A program made the position numbers and the translations under genes. Under the pieces are notes generated by a model. The model worked only from the letters and a program-made list of their open reading frames with translations, made no database searches and was not told the origin of the DNA. A stretch of DNA of 64,000 bases from Myxococcota bacterium (lineage in GTDB: Bacteria; Myxococcota_A; UBA796; CAJQPC01). Positions 17,305 to 27,795 of the stretch are shown here, in pieces. The DNA lies in assembly GCA_036229005.1 (NCBI GenBank), contig JAZAMN010000070.1, positions 1 through 64,000 on the forward strand, in the 5' to 3' direction. Each line of letters starts with the position of its first letter. The stretch's first letter is position 1.

Positions 17305-18882
17305 GTGCCGAACCTTGATCGCCCCCTCCGCCTCCTCGGCCCCAGCTTCGGGGTCCTCGCAGTCAGCGCTCTCCTGGCGGCGCTCGTGCCAGAAGGGCGG
17401 GTGCTCGCCCAGGATGCCCCGCCGCCCGCGGTCGAGGAGCCTGTCCAGGAGTCGCTGGCGCCGCACGATGCGGTCGCACAGGCCCTGCAGCCCCTGACCG
17501 AAGACCGGCTCTTCAGCGACAGCACCGTGGGGCTGCATCTCGTGGATGTGCGCACCGGCGAGGAGGTCTTCTCCCACGGTGGGGACCGGGCCATGGCGCC
17601 CGCGTCCACCATGAAGGCCATCACCTCGGCGACGGCCCTCAAGCACCTCGGTCCCAGCTACACCTTCACCACGCAGGTGCTCTACACGGGCGAGTTGGGT
17701 CCGGATGGCGTGCTCAAGGGGGACCTCTACATCCGGGGCACCGGGGATCCCACCTTTGTCATCGAGGACCTCTGGAAGCTGATGGTGGACCTGAAGCTCT
17801 CCGGCCTCAAGGAGGTCTCCGGGAACGTCTACTTCGACGACAGCTACATGACGCCGGAGCGCGGTGTACCAGGGTGGACCAAGGACAGCGACATGGAGAA
17901 CGGGCCGGCGTACTTCCCCAGCCTGGGTGCGCTCTCCCTGAACTTCAACACCGTCGCGGTGGTCGCGCGTCCGGGGCCGGACATCGGCGGGCCCGCGGTG
18001 GTCGTCCTGGAGACGGAGGCCCCCGGCATCCTCAAGACGGAGTCTGAGCTGGTCACCGGCGCCCCCCGCACACGCCGACGGATCTACATGGAGCGTGAGG
18101 TCCAGGGCGCCAGCGCCACCTACAAGCTCAGCGGCAGCATCCCCCAGGACAGCAGCGCCCAGCGCTACTACCGCTCCGTGCCCGACGCGAAGGCCTACTT
18201 CACGGCGGCCTTCGCCGGGATGGCCCGCAAGGAAGGCCTCAAGGTGCGCGGCAAGTACCTGGAGGGGGAGACCCCCGAGACCGGCGCTGAGCTGCTTCAT
18301 CAGCATCGCTCCGAGCCGCTGTCCCGCATCCTGGCCACCACCAACAAGCACTCGAACAACTTCATGGCCGAGCAGGTACTCAAGGCCCTGGGCGCGGAGC
18401 TCAAGGGGGAGGGGAGCACCAGCGCAGGCCTGGAGGTCGTCGGGGACTACCTCGTCTCCCTCGGGATCCCGGCCGAGCAGTTCAGCCTGGTCAACGGCTC
18501 GGGGCTCTCCCGGGAGATGCGCCTCCGCCCCTCGCACCTCACCGCAGTCCTCCTGGACATGGCCGCCGACCCCCAGGTGGGCTCGGAGTTCCAGGCCTCC
18601 CTCGCGATCGCAGGGCGGGACGGCACGCTCTGGTCGCGCTTCCGGGAGGATCCAGGCAACGTCGGCCGGGTCAGAGGAAAGACAGGGACCCTCAACGGCG
18701 TGCACTGCCTGACCGGCTTCATCGACGCTGGGGACGGCAACCGGTACGCGTTCGCCTACCTGGTCAACGATCTTCCGTACTCGATCGCCCGGGCGCGCAG
18801 TGCCCACGATGCCTTCGCCAATACGCTCTTTGAGCTGTCCCCGGAGGACAGCGCTGATGCGGTGGTCAGCAGCGACCCCTGA
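17305..18882 (+). CDS. dacB: D-Ala-D-Ala carboxypeptidase/endopeptidase PBP4 (S13); alternative start 17290
   Basis: PASTMK (SxxK), GTGDP, SNN, NGSGLSR, KTGTL. Confidence 0.93.
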   Translation: MPNLDRPLRLLGPSFGVLAVSALLAALVPEGRVLAQDAPPPAVEEPVQESLAPHDAVAQALQPLTEDRLFSDSTVGLHLVDVRTGEEVFSHGGDRAMAPASTMKAITSATALKHLGPSYTFTTQVLYTGELGPDGVLKGDLYIRGTGDPTFVIEDLWKLMVDLKLSGLKEVSGNVYFDDSYMTPERGVPGWTKDSDMENGPAYFPSLGALSLNFNTVAVVARPGPDIGGPAVVVLETEAPGILKTESELVTGAPRTRRRIYMEREVQGASATYKLSGSIPQDSSAQRYYRSVPDAKAYFTAAFAGMARKEGLKVRGKYLEGETPETGAELLHQHRSEPLSRILATTNKHSNNFMAEQVLKALGAELKGEGSTSAGLEVVGDYLVSLGIPAEQFSLVNGSGLSREMRLRPSHLTAVLLDMAADPQVGSEFQASLAIAGRDGTLWSRFREDPGNVGRVRGKTGTLNGVHCLTGFIDAGDGNRYAFAYLVNDLPYSIARARSAHDAFANTLFELSPEDSADAVVSSDP

Positions 18883-18928
18883 AGGGTCCCTTGGGTGTCA
18901 AAGCTCAGCGCGCCTCAAGGTGGGTGCG

Positions 18929-18958
18929 TTGACACCGATTCTTTGGACCCGGTATGAA
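18929..18958 (+). promoter_or_regulatory. Putative sigma-70 promoter of the Glt-like operon
   Basis: TTGACA-18 nt-TATGAA. Confidence 0.5.
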
Positions 18959-19050
18959 GGGTCACCTGTCATGATCTACTCACTGGGGATCCGTGCGCCC
19001 TCTGCACACGACTTCCCTGGAAAAAACGCAGCCGAGGCTGGAGCACGCTG

Positions 19051-19791
19051 ATGAACCGATCCCTCCGACTCGTGAGCATTCTGGCAATGCTTGGGGCCAG
19101 CGGCCTCGTGCTCGCCCAAGACTCTGGGGAGACCGACGCAGAGGTCGGCAGCACCGAGAGGAGGGGCACCTCCGAAGGCTCGGATGCGCCCGCCCCCGAA
19201 GGCGATGCCACCGATGAAGAGGGCACCCAGGTCGCCGAGCCTCAGCCCGCCGGGCCCGCCATGGATGTCGACTTCGATGGCCGCATGGGCACCATGGAGG
19301 AGCAGGTCAACACCCTCAAGGAGCAGGTCTTCCGCTCCAAGGCGACCCTGCAGCTCCTCAAGGAGATCGTGATCCAGGGTGGCTCCACGGGAGCCCGCTC
19401 CACGGTCTACCACGTCAACGATCTCGGGCGAGGCTACACCGTCGAGTCGGTCGCCTATTACCTCGATGGGCAGTCGATCTTCGCCAAGCAGGACCCCAAC
19501 GGGAGCCTGGACGCAGCGACCGAGCTGAAGGTCTGGGACGGCGCCATCCCGCCCGGCTCGCACACCTTGAGCGTCAACATGGTGCTCAAGGGCAATGGCT
19601 ACGGTGTCTTCAACTATGTGGACGGCTACACCTTCAAGGTCAGCAGCAACTACGCCTTCGTCGCAGAGGAGGGTGAGCAGACCGCTGTAAGGGTGACCGT
19701 CGACGAGCGGAAGGGCCCCTGGGTCCGCTACGACGAGCGTCCCACCGTGGACTACGAACTCCAGACCATCTCGATGCGTGAAGAGGAGTAG
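19051..19791 (+). CDS. Secreted conserved protein (coiled coil plus beta domain) heading the TPR operon
   Basis: Signal peptide, acidic linker, EEQVNTLKEQVFRSKATLQLL helix. Abuts the next gene. Confidence 0.8.
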   Translation: MNRSLRLVSILAMLGASGLVLAQDSGETDAEVGSTERRGTSEGSDAPAPEGDATDEEGTQVAEPQPAGPAMDVDFDGRMGTMEEQVNTLKEQVFRSKATLQLLKEIVIQGGSTGARSTVYHVNDLGRGYTVESVAYYLDGQSIFAKQDPNGSLDAATELKVWDGAIPPGSHTLSVNMVLKGNGYGVFNYVDGYTFKVSSNYAFVAEEGEQTAVRVTVDERKGPWVRYDERPTVDYELQTISMREEE

Positions 19792-22170
19792 ATGAAGCCC
19801 CTGCCGCTGGCGCTCCGCCGCCTTGCCCTGAGCCTGGGACTTCTGGGGGTGCTCCCCCTCGTCTCGGGCACAGCCCTCGCAGCAGATCAGGCCACGATGG
19901 AGCGACTGGAGCGCGTCGAAGCGTCTCTGTCGCGCACCGAGGCCAGCGTCGACCGGGTCTCCGCCGACGTCACCTCCCGCTCCGGATTCATCGGCGGCGC
20001 CGAGGCCAAGCTGCGCTTCGAAGACGCCGTCTATGCCTACATGGTGCGCGAGTACGATGTCGCCGCTCGGGAGTTCTTCACCCTCGTGGAGGCCGACGCC
20101 TTCAAGTCCGGCTCGGTCTACAAGACCGACTCGGAGTGGTACCTGGGCGAGAGCCTCTTCGAGATGGGCAACTACGCCCTCGCAGAAGAAGCCTTCCAGA
20201 CCATCATCGATCAGGGCGCCGAGCACCCGCAGTTCGACGACGCTGTGCGCCGCCAGCTTGAGCTCTACGGCCTGACCGGCGACGCCGAGGCCTTCTCTCG
20301 CCTCTACACCGCCTACATCGTCACTGGCACGGTCCAGCCCACCGATCTGGTCAAGTACACCGTCGGCAAGTCGCTCTACCGTCAGGACGAGTTCGCCCGG
20401 GCCAAGGCGATGCTGGATGAGATCCAGCCCAGCTCCTACTACTACGCCCGCTCCCGCTACGTCATCGGCACCATCCTGGTGGTCGAGGGCAGCTACGAGG
20501 CCGCCATCGAGGAGTTCCGCATCAGCGCGGAGAGCTCCATCACCACGGCGGAGGACCGCGAGGTCGTGGACCTCTCCAACCTCGCGCTGGGCCGGCTCTA
20601 CTACGAGACCGATCAGTTCACCAAGAGCGCGGAGTACTACCAGCGCATCTCCCGCGAGTCGGACTACTTCGCCGACGCGCTCTACGAGATCGGCTGGACC
20701 TTCATCAAGGAGGGGGACTACTCCCAGGCCTCCCAGTCCGTGGAGATCTTCCTGCTGGCCTTCCCGGAGCACCGCTACACCGCGGAGCTCAAGCTGCTGC
20801 AGGGCCACCTGAACATGAAGCAGACGGCCTACGAGTCCGCGCTGCAGAACTACGAGGGCGTGGTCGACGAGTACACCCCCGTCGAAGAAGCGATCGCCGA
20901 GATCGAGCGGGACGCCATGCGGCCCATGGAGTGGTTCGACACCCTGGTCGAGGCCGACTCCCTGTCCACCGTCTACGACGAGAAGCTCCCGCGCTACGCC
21001 GTCGAGATGCTGGCCTCCGACCCCGAGGTCGCTCGCGCTCTGGACCTCCACAAGGAGCTCGAGAAGCAGGAGGCCGACGTCGCGGAGAGCGAGCAGCTCA
21101 TCTCCGAGATCCAGGCCGCGTTCGACAGCGGCGCGGACGGCATCGCCTCCTTCCAGCAGGCCCGGCTCGAGCTGGGGCGCCTGGAGCTGGAGATGAACCA
21201 GATCCGGGAGGATCTGCTGGTCGCCGAAGAGGCCTGGCTGTTGGCCAACCTCCCCAGCAACATGCAGCCGGAGATCCGTGCGCTTCAGCAAGCGCGCGAG
21301 GACCTCGTGCGTGACCAGGGCCAGAACGCCCGCAAGGCGGCGGACCAGCAGGCCGAAGCCAAGCGCGTGCAGGCCGAGAAGAAGAAGGCCGAGGTCGTGA
21401 AGCTGGAGAGCGAGATCACGGCCATGGAGCGGCAGGCGAGCGAGCTCGGTGCGCGTCTGAGTCAGTCTGACCTCACCGAAGCCGAGAAGGCCGACGTGAG
21501 CGAGCGCCTGGAGAGGGTGAGGGGTGATCTGCAGGCCTCAAAGGTCCAGCAGGTCCACCTCGAAGAGCAGTTCCAGAAGCTGAGCGAGGAGTCGGTCGAG
21601 GCCTCGCAGATGGGCACGCACCTGGCGAACGTCATCGTCGCCGAGGGCTTCGACACCCTGCACAAGAAGCTGGCTCCGTACCGGCGGCACGTCACCGATG
21701 CCGACAAGGCCGAGGTCACCAGGCGCCTGGACAGCGTCTGGGCAGAGGTCGGGGGCCTCTCCACCGAGGTCAGCTCGCTCCGGGAGCGCATCGACAGCCT
21801 GGAGACCTCCGAGCTCGCCAAGCTGCAACGCACCTTCCAGGAGGAAGTCGCCAACGTGAGCGCCGAGCGCATGGAGCTCACCGGCAAGAGCATCGAGGCC
21901 TCGGAGCTCGCGGATCATGCGGCCCGCTCCGGCTTCTTCCGCCTCCGGAACACCTTCGCCGAGAACGTCCTCAAGGCCGACAAGGGCATCGTGGACGTCT
22001 ACTGGGTCCGCAAGACCGAGGTGTCCGACCAGGTCGAGGTCTCCAAGAAGGAGCGTGAGGCGCTCGTCCGAGAGCTCAACGGTCGCTTCGCGACCATCCG
22101 GGCCGGCTTGCCGGAGCCCGCGCCGGAACCCACTGGAACCGAAGGGGAGCCCGAAGGGACCAACCCATGA
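19792..22170 (+). CDS. Periplasmic TPR/coiled-coil protein, GltC-like
   Basis: Signal peptide, NLALGRLYYE...FADALYEIGW TPRs, C-terminal ADKGIVDVYW, operon position. Confidence 0.75.
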   Translation: MKPLPLALRRLALSLGLLGVLPLVSGTALAADQATMERLERVEASLSRTEASVDRVSADVTSRSGFIGGAEAKLRFEDAVYAYMVREYDVAAREFFTLVEADAFKSGSVYKTDSEWYLGESLFEMGNYALAEEAFQTIIDQGAEHPQFDDAVRRQLELYGLTGDAEAFSRLYTAYIVTGTVQPTDLVKYTVGKSLYRQDEFARAKAMLDEIQPSSYYYARSRYVIGTILVVEGSYEAAIEEFRISAESSITTAEDREVVDLSNLALGRLYYETDQFTKSAEYYQRISRESDYFADALYEIGWTFIKEGDYSQASQSVEIFLLAFPEHRYTAELKLLQGHLNMKQTAYESALQNYEGVVDEYTPVEEAIAEIERDAMRPMEWFDTLVEADSLSTVYDEKLPRYAVEMLASDPEVARALDLHKELEKQEADVAESEQLISEIQAAFDSGADGIASFQQARLELGRLELEMNQIREDLLVAEEAWLLANLPSNMQPEIRALQQAREDLVRDQGQNARKAADQQAEAKRVQAEKKKAEVVKLESEITAMERQASELGARLSQSDLTEAEKADVSERLERVRGDLQASKVQQVHLEEQFQKLSEESVEASQMGTHLANVIVAEGFDTLHKKLAPYRRHVTDADKAEVTRRLDSVWAEVGGLSTEVSSLRERIDSLETSELAKLQRTFQEEVANVSAERMELTGKSIEASELADHAARSGFFRLRNTFAENVLKADKGIVDVYWVRKTEVSDQVEVSKKEREALVRELNGRFATIRAGLPEPAPEPTGTEGEPEGTNP

Positions 22171-25100
22171 ACACGCCCAGGTCCATCATGCCGCGCCTCT
22201 CTCTGCTGCTCGCCCTCGTCCTGCCGACCGTCGCGAGCGGGCAGGACACATCCCCGCCCGTCGTGGAGCGCCTGAGCGGCCCCGTCGAGTCCGAGGTGGA
22301 CGCCTACCAGGCCGCCCTGGAGCGTTTCCAGGGGCGGATGAGCGAGTTCAACGCGGATGTCCGGGCCATCGTCGACCAGATGGAGTTCGAGGAGCGTGAG
22401 CGCCTTACGCTCATGTACAACGACAACATCGACGAGCTCGAGGCCTCCGAGCAGGACCTGCGGGAGTTGGCCATCCAGCGCCTGGAGTACTTCCTGCAGA
22501 AGTACCCGGACACCGAGTACACCCCCCACGTCATGTTCCGCCTCGCGCAGCTCTACGTGGAGGTCGCCTACGTCGACTGGTTGACCGCAGCGCAGGAGTA
22601 CACCGAGCTCGAGATGGCCACCCCGGAGGACGAGCAGCTCTTCCTGCCCGACCCCCCGCGCATCGACTACGGCAAGGCCCTCACCCTCTACGAGGGCATC
22701 ATCGCCAAGCACCCTGGGTACGAGTACCTCGACGGCACCTACTACATGATGGGGTTCATCTACTTCGACTCGAACTCGGTGCAGGCCGAGGAGTGGGAGT
22801 CCGAGGACCTCGCCCGCGAGTACTTCCAGAAGCTCGTCACGGAGTTCCCCGAGAGCCCCTTCGCCATCGACGGCAACTACATCCTGGGGGATCTGCACTT
22901 CGCCAACAACGAGATCGAAGAGGCCATCCCCTACTTCCAGGCCGTCGTCGACCGCCCCCCCAGTGAGAACCAGCGCTACGACGAAGGCGTCTACATGCTG
23001 GCCTGGTCGCACTACAAGCTCAGCAACTACCGAAAGACCCTGGACCTGTTCACCGGCCTGCTGGACTACAGCGAGGAGTCCTTCAAGGAGTCGGGCAACG
23101 AGTCCCCGCTGCGGCCCGAGGCCGTCAGGTATGCGGCCATCACCTTCTCCGACCTCGCGGACAAGTCGGTCACCCTTGAGGATCCCGACTGGCGCGAGTA
23201 CTCCGGCGAGGACATGGAGGGCGTCTCCTCCCTCTTCGACACCATGGGGCTTGGGCAGCAGCAGGCGACCCCGGTCGAGGTCACAGCGGCCTGGTTCAAG
23301 CTGGTGGGCCCCCGCAAGTACGAGGCTGATCTCTACAAGGCGCTGGCCGAGGTCCTGGTCGAGCAGGCCCGCTACGAAGAGGCGATCGCCACCTACGAGG
23401 CCATCCAGACCAACTGGCCCAACGACCCCGACAACCCCACCTTCCAGTGGGAGGTCACGCGCCTCTACCTCAACCTGCCGATCCCCGACACCGCCGGGCA
23501 GTCCCAGGCGCAGGCCGTCCTCAACGAGCGCTACAGCGAGGAGTCCGCGTGGTGGGAGGCCAACCGCAACAACCCCGACGCTCAGGCAACAGCCCGGCGC
23601 TACATCGAGCAGTCGCTCTACAACGTCGCTGTGGAGTACCACCTGCGCGCTCAGCGCACAGGCAGTGTCGAGGACTACTCCCGCGCCGCTGACGGCTACC
23701 GGGACTACCTCCAGAAGTTCCCCTTCGCGGACAACTACTACGAGGTCCAGTGGTACCTGGCGGACACCCTCTACGCCTCTGGGCGCTATGAGGAGGCCGA
23801 GGGCGAGTACCTGCAGCTCCTCAAGGCCGGTGGCCACCCCTACATGGATGGCACCCAGTACCAGCTCTTCATGGTCCGGCTCAAGCGCCTGGAGGCCGCC
23901 TTCGGCAACGTCGCCGTGGTCCCCGATGACGCCGTCGTCGACCGGGTCGAGAAGACCCAGACCGGCGATGACCGCAACATCTACAGGGTGGGGGAGCTCC
24001 AGCAGGCCTTCATCGAGGCCGCCGACGGCATGCGCGCTCACGAGTTCAAGGACCAGGCCTATCTGGACGCCGCGACTGAGAACATGTCCGCGGCCGCCTA
24101 CATCCCCGCGCAGATCTACTTCAAGCACGGAGACTACGCAGCGGCACGTCCGCGCCTCGAGCACATCATCGAGACCTACTGCCGCACGGACGAGGGTGCC
24201 TTCGCCCAGGACATGATGGTCAAGACCTACGTGAACGAGGGCGATCTCGAGAAGGTGGTGGAGCTGACCCGTCTCTACATCCCCATGGGCTGTGGTGAGA
24301 CCAACGGCGGTCAGATCAGCGGGGAGTTCCGGAACCTCCAGGCCGGCGCCTCCTACAAGCTCGCCGACAAGCTCTACGACGCCGGGGACTACCTCGGCGC
24401 CGCCCAGGCCTTCATGGAGTACCGCAGCACCTACGACGAGTACCAGAAGGAGGCCCTGTTCTCCGCGGCCAATGCCTACGAGCTCGGCGGAAAGGCGGAC
24501 GAGGCCAACAAGCTCTTCGAGCAGTACATCAACGAGTACCCCGACGACGAGAACTCGGCGGGGCTCTACTTCCGTATCGCAACCAACTACGCCCAGATCC
24601 TGGAGCTGGACAAGTCGGTCACCTACTACGAGAACCTGTACCGCTACTTTGGTCCAGGCTCTCGCTACGCCCAGAAGAACGGCGGCAAGGCCGACCCCAA
24701 CGCCTCCGCGGCCCTCTACATGGCGGGCTTCCTGCGCACGGGAATGGGCGACCACAAGGGCGCGGCCGAGAACTTCCTCCGCTATGCCCAGCAGTTCCCC
24801 GAGGCTGCGGACGCAGAGCAGGTCCGTTGGTTGGCCACGGACGAGTGGGCCAAGGTCGGAGACCGCGAGGGCCGCGCCGCCTACCAGGACTACCTCAAGT
24901 GGTCCTCCCAGAACGGCGACCCCAAGCCTGATCACGTCATCGACGCCCACTACTGGCTGGTCCAGTACTACCAGCGCCAGGGAGACAGGCGCCGCGAGGA
25001 GGCCGCCTGGGAGGAGCTCTCCAAGGCCTACGCGAGCCTCGCCTCCGCGGGCCGGATCAACAAGAGCTCTGTCGCCGCCAACCGCGCCGCAGAGGCCGCG

Positions 25101-25754
25101 TTCCGGGACCTCGAGGCCAGGTACAACGACTTCGCCGACGACGACTACCCGCGCAAGCAGGACTCTGAGACCCTCAAGGCCTTCCTGCTGGACGAGGGCT
25201 CCAAGCTCGACGAGTACATCGAGATCGAGAAGGGCGCCCTCAAGATCATCGAGACCTACGGCGACTTCGAATACAGCTCCGCCGCCATCTACATCTGGGG
25301 CAAGGCCTACCTGCGGATGGCTGAGTACCTCTTCAACGCGCCCATGCCCACGGACCTCGCCAAGCTCGCTCAGGGCGACGAGGACCTGCTCTGGGAGCTC
25401 GAGGTCGCCTGGCAGGATGCACTCTCCGAGCAGGCCATTCCCCTGGAGGAGAAGGCCATCGCCCGCTTCGAGGCCAACCTGGCCAAGTCCAAGGCCGAGA
25501 AGCGCAGCTCCGTGTGGATCGACAAGTCCATCGAGGCCCTCAACGGCATCAACCCCTCCGAGTACCCCCTGGAGAAGGCCGAGCTCCGTGGCCAGGCCGA
25601 AGCCGAGGTCATCCCCTCCGCCGACCAGCCGGTCCAGCAGCCTGATCCAGAGGAGGAGGAGGCTCTCAAGTCGGACGACACGGAGGCTTCCACCACCCAG
25701 GACTCTGGTGAGAGTGCCTGGGGAGCCGCTCAGCCCGAGGGAGGTGACCAGTGA
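22167..25754 (+). CDS. Large periplasmic TPR protein, GltD/AgmU-like
   Basis: 1195 aa, FLQKYP...MFRLAQLY, YMLAWSHYK, C-terminal PLEEKAI..FE...SVW. Confidence 0.8.
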   Translation: MNTPRSIMPRLSLLLALVLPTVASGQDTSPPVVERLSGPVESEVDAYQAALERFQGRMSEFNADVRAIVDQMEFEERERLTLMYNDNIDELEASEQDLRELAIQRLEYFLQKYPDTEYTPHVMFRLAQLYVEVAYVDWLTAAQEYTELEMATPEDEQLFLPDPPRIDYGKALTLYEGIIAKHPGYEYLDGTYYMMGFIYFDSNSVQAEEWESEDLAREYFQKLVTEFPESPFAIDGNYILGDLHFANNEIEEAIPYFQAVVDRPPSENQRYDEGVYMLAWSHYKLSNYRKTLDLFTGLLDYSEESFKESGNESPLRPEAVRYAAITFSDLADKSVTLEDPDWREYSGEDMEGVSSLFDTMGLGQQQATPVEVTAAWFKLVGPRKYEADLYKALAEVLVEQARYEEAIATYEAIQTNWPNDPDNPTFQWEVTRLYLNLPIPDTAGQSQAQAVLNERYSEESAWWEANRNNPDAQATARRYIEQSLYNVAVEYHLRAQRTGSVEDYSRAADGYRDYLQKFPFADNYYEVQWYLADTLYASGRYEEAEGEYLQLLKAGGHPYMDGTQYQLFMVRLKRLEAAFGNVAVVPDDAVVDRVEKTQTGDDRNIYRVGELQQAFIEAADGMRAHEFKDQAYLDAATENMSAAAYIPAQIYFKHGDYAAARPRLEHIIETYCRTDEGAFAQDMMVKTYVNEGDLEKVVELTRLYIPMGCGETNGGQISGEFRNLQAGASYKLADKLYDAGDYLGAAQAFMEYRSTYDEYQKEALFSAANAYELGGKADEANKLFEQYINEYPDDENSAGLYFRIATNYAQILELDKSVTYYENLYRYFGPGSRYAQKNGGKADPNASAALYMAGFLRTGMGDHKGAAENFLRYAQQFPEAADAEQVRWLATDEWAKVGDREGRAAYQDYLKWSSQNGDPKPDHVIDAHYWLVQYYQRQGDRRREEAAWEELSKAYASLASAGRINKSSVAANRAAEAAFRDLEARYNDFADDDYPRKQDSETLKAFLLDEGSKLDEYIEIEKGALKIIETYGDFEYSSAAIYIWGKAYLRMAEYLFNAPMPTDLAKLAQGDEDLLWELEVAWQDALSEQAIPLEEKAIARFEANLAKSKAEKRSSVWIDKSIEALNGINPSEYPLEKAELRGQAEAEVIPSADQPVQQPDPEEEEALKSDDTEASTTQDSGESAWGAAQPEGGDQ

Positions 25755-27118
25755 TGCTCTTTTCCCTGCTCTTTGTCGGCTGTCCCAAGCCGGTGGAGGT
25801 CGAGCCCCCTGTCACCACCGTCGAGTCGGTGCAGGGGACCGAGACCCCCGATGCCTGGGGCGTTGAGACCCCGAGCTCTCGGGGCCCTGTGCTCTCACCG
25901 GAGCAGCAGTCCCGCGCCAGCGTCAACGAGGCCGTCGCCTTGCTGACCAACAAGGACAACGCCCCGCAGGTGGCCAAGATGTTGGAGGAGGTCACCCAGG
26001 CCGATCCCAACAACCTCTACGCGTGGTTCAACCTCGGGCTGGCCTACGAAGCCCAGGAGGACATGGTTCGCGCCGCGACGGCCTACAACCGGGTGCTCCA
26101 GATCGACGACAGCTACGGGCCTGCCTACGTCAACCTCGCCGCCATGACCTTGGCGCAGGGGAGGGCGGTCGAGGCCGAGCGCCAGTACCGCGAGGGGCTC
26201 AAGCGCGTCCCCGATGAGATGGACCTCTGGGCCGGCCTGGTCGCCTCGCTGCGCGCTCAGGGCCGCTACGCCGACGCCGAGAACGAGGCCCGCAAGGCGC
26301 TCCAGATCGACTCCAACGCCAAGCAGGTCTACGCCGTGCTCGGCATGGTCTACGTCGACACCGACCGCCTGGATCTCGCCAACTTCATCGTCCAGAAGGC
26401 CCTCACAACCGTCCAGGGGGGCAATGACGCCCCGCTCTATCTGGTGCTGGGCCGCGTCTACCAGATGCAGGACAAGCCGCTGTCCGCCAGGGACAACTAC
26501 CTCAAGGCCCTGGAGATGGACCCCAACCTGGTGGCCGCCCGGATCTGGTTGTCCGACTACTACCTGGACAACCGGAACTTCGAGGACACCGTCCCGCTCC
26601 TGGAGACCGCGCGCGAGCTGGATCCCGACGAGCCCGCGATCTACTACAACCTGGGCATCGCCTACCGCGGGGTCGGTCGCTACGAGGACTCCGCCAAGGC
26701 CTACCAGACCGCGCTCACGCTCAACCCTGAGAGCCCCGAGCCGCACCTGAACCTGGGGATCCTCTACGGGGACTACCTCAAGCAGTACGACCTCGCGGTC
26801 GGCGAGTACGAGAAGTACAAGTCGGCCGGCGGTGACGCCACCTTGGCGGATGGCTACATCGAGGCCACGCTCAAGGAGCAGAAGAAGGTCCAGATGCTCG
26901 AGGAGCGCCGCAAGAAGCTTGAGGCGCGCAAGAAGGCCCAGGAGGAGGCAGCCCAGAAGAAGGCCGCCGAGGAGGCCGCTGCAGCCCAGCAGCCCGCTGA
27001 GCCCGAGCCTGCACCCGAGCCCGAGCCTGCCCCCGAGCCCGAGCCTGCCCCCGAACCTGTCGAAGAGTCGGGTACAGAGGAAGAGGCCGCCCCCAGCCCC
27101 TGGGGTGGTGCCCAATGA
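25754..27118 (+). CDS. TPR lipoprotein, GltE/AglT-like (GTG 25751 is the alternative start)
   Basis: MLFSLLFVG-C, about ten TPR-like repeats, YNLGIAYRG, LNLGILY, charged coil and PEPEPA tail. Confidence 0.8.
   Translation: MLFSLLFVGCPKPVEVEPPVTTVESVQGTETPDAWGVETPSSRGPVLSPEQQSRASVNEAVALLTNKDNAPQVAKMLEEVTQADPNNLYAWFNLGLAYEAQEDMVRAATAYNRVLQIDDSYGPAYVNLAAMTLAQGRAVEAERQYREGLKRVPDEMDLWAGLVASLRAQGRYADAENEARKALQIDSNAKQVYAVLGMVYVDTDRLDLANFIVQKALTTVQGGNDAPLYLVLGRVYQMQDKPLSARDNYLKALEMDPNLVAARIWLSDYYLDNRNFEDTVPLLETARELDPDEPAIYYNLGIAYRGVGRYEDSAKAYQTALTLNPESPEPHLNLGILYGDYLKQYDLAVGEYEKYKSAGGDATLADGYIEATLKEQKKVQMLEERRKKLEARKKAQEEAAQKKAAEEAAAAQQPAEPEPAPEPEPAPEPEPAPEPVEESGTEEEAAPSPWGGAQ
26999..27058 (+). repeat. 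18-bp coding repeat (EPEPAP)n
   Basis: gagcccgagcctgc(a/c)ccc three times plus a partial copy. Confidence 0.8.
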
Positions 27119-27141
27119 GCCTGGAGAAGGAGAAGCGGAAA

Positions 27142-27381
27142 ATGCGCCGACAGATCATCGCTGCAACCCTCTCGATCCTGGGTGCTGGCCTCATCGCCTC
27201 CAGCGCTGTGGCCCAATCCCAGGTCACCATGTTCGAAGCCGAGGAGATCGTCGGCGAGGTGCAGCTGCCCTCCGTCCAGATCTTCGTGACCCGGCAGAAC
27301 CTCAACACCGACTACGACCTGGAGCTGGAGGAGTCCTTCCTGCCCAAGATCGTGGAGTCGGTGGAAGAGCGACCTTTCTGA
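27142..27381 (+). CDS. Small secreted CglF/GltF-like protein
   Basis: Signal peptide, FEAEEIVGEVQLP...ESFLPKIVESVEERPF, AGGAG RBS. Confidence 0.75.
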   Translation: MRRQIIAATLSILGAGLIASSAVAQSQVTMFEAEEIVGEVQLPSVQIFVTRQNLNTDYDLELEESFLPKIVESVEERPF

Positions 27382-27415
27382 GCGGCAAGGGCCCAGTGGG
27401 TCCTCGCATGCACCC

Positions 27416-27442
27416 AGAGCCCGGCCCAGTGCCGGGCTTTCT
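27416..27442 (+). terminator. Putative intrinsic terminator
   Basis: AGAGCCCGGC-CCAGT-GCCGGGCTTTCT. Confidence 0.55.
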
Positions 27443-27795
27443 GCTTCCTTGGAGGGTGCGAACGGGCGTGCGCGCCGCCTGGATCAATGCCCCCCGCCCC
27501 CCCTCCCGAAAAACTTGGCGGGGGAGGGGAGTGGGCATTGCACATTCTCGACAAACCCGCATGCCTGCGCGATGTCAAGGGGAACAGGTCCTTCATCCGG
27601 CCTGGCTCGAAGCCCCGTCAACCCGCCGCTGACGGTCTCTTCACAATCCCCTCGTGAAAGAGCACCGCCACTGTTGTAGATTGCCGGGGTCCTGAAACAC
27701 CTCGCCCAAATGAGGGAGCCAATCGGCATGACAGGACGCCTTGCCCAATAAAGGGCTCCCTCAACCAATACACCCCCCTCGGAGGTTGACTCCTC

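Noticed and set aside
27382..27795. Cyclic-dinucleotide riboswitch before the AglR-like gene
   Set aside because: A GAAA-loop-like segment is present, but I could not match the GEMM consensus.
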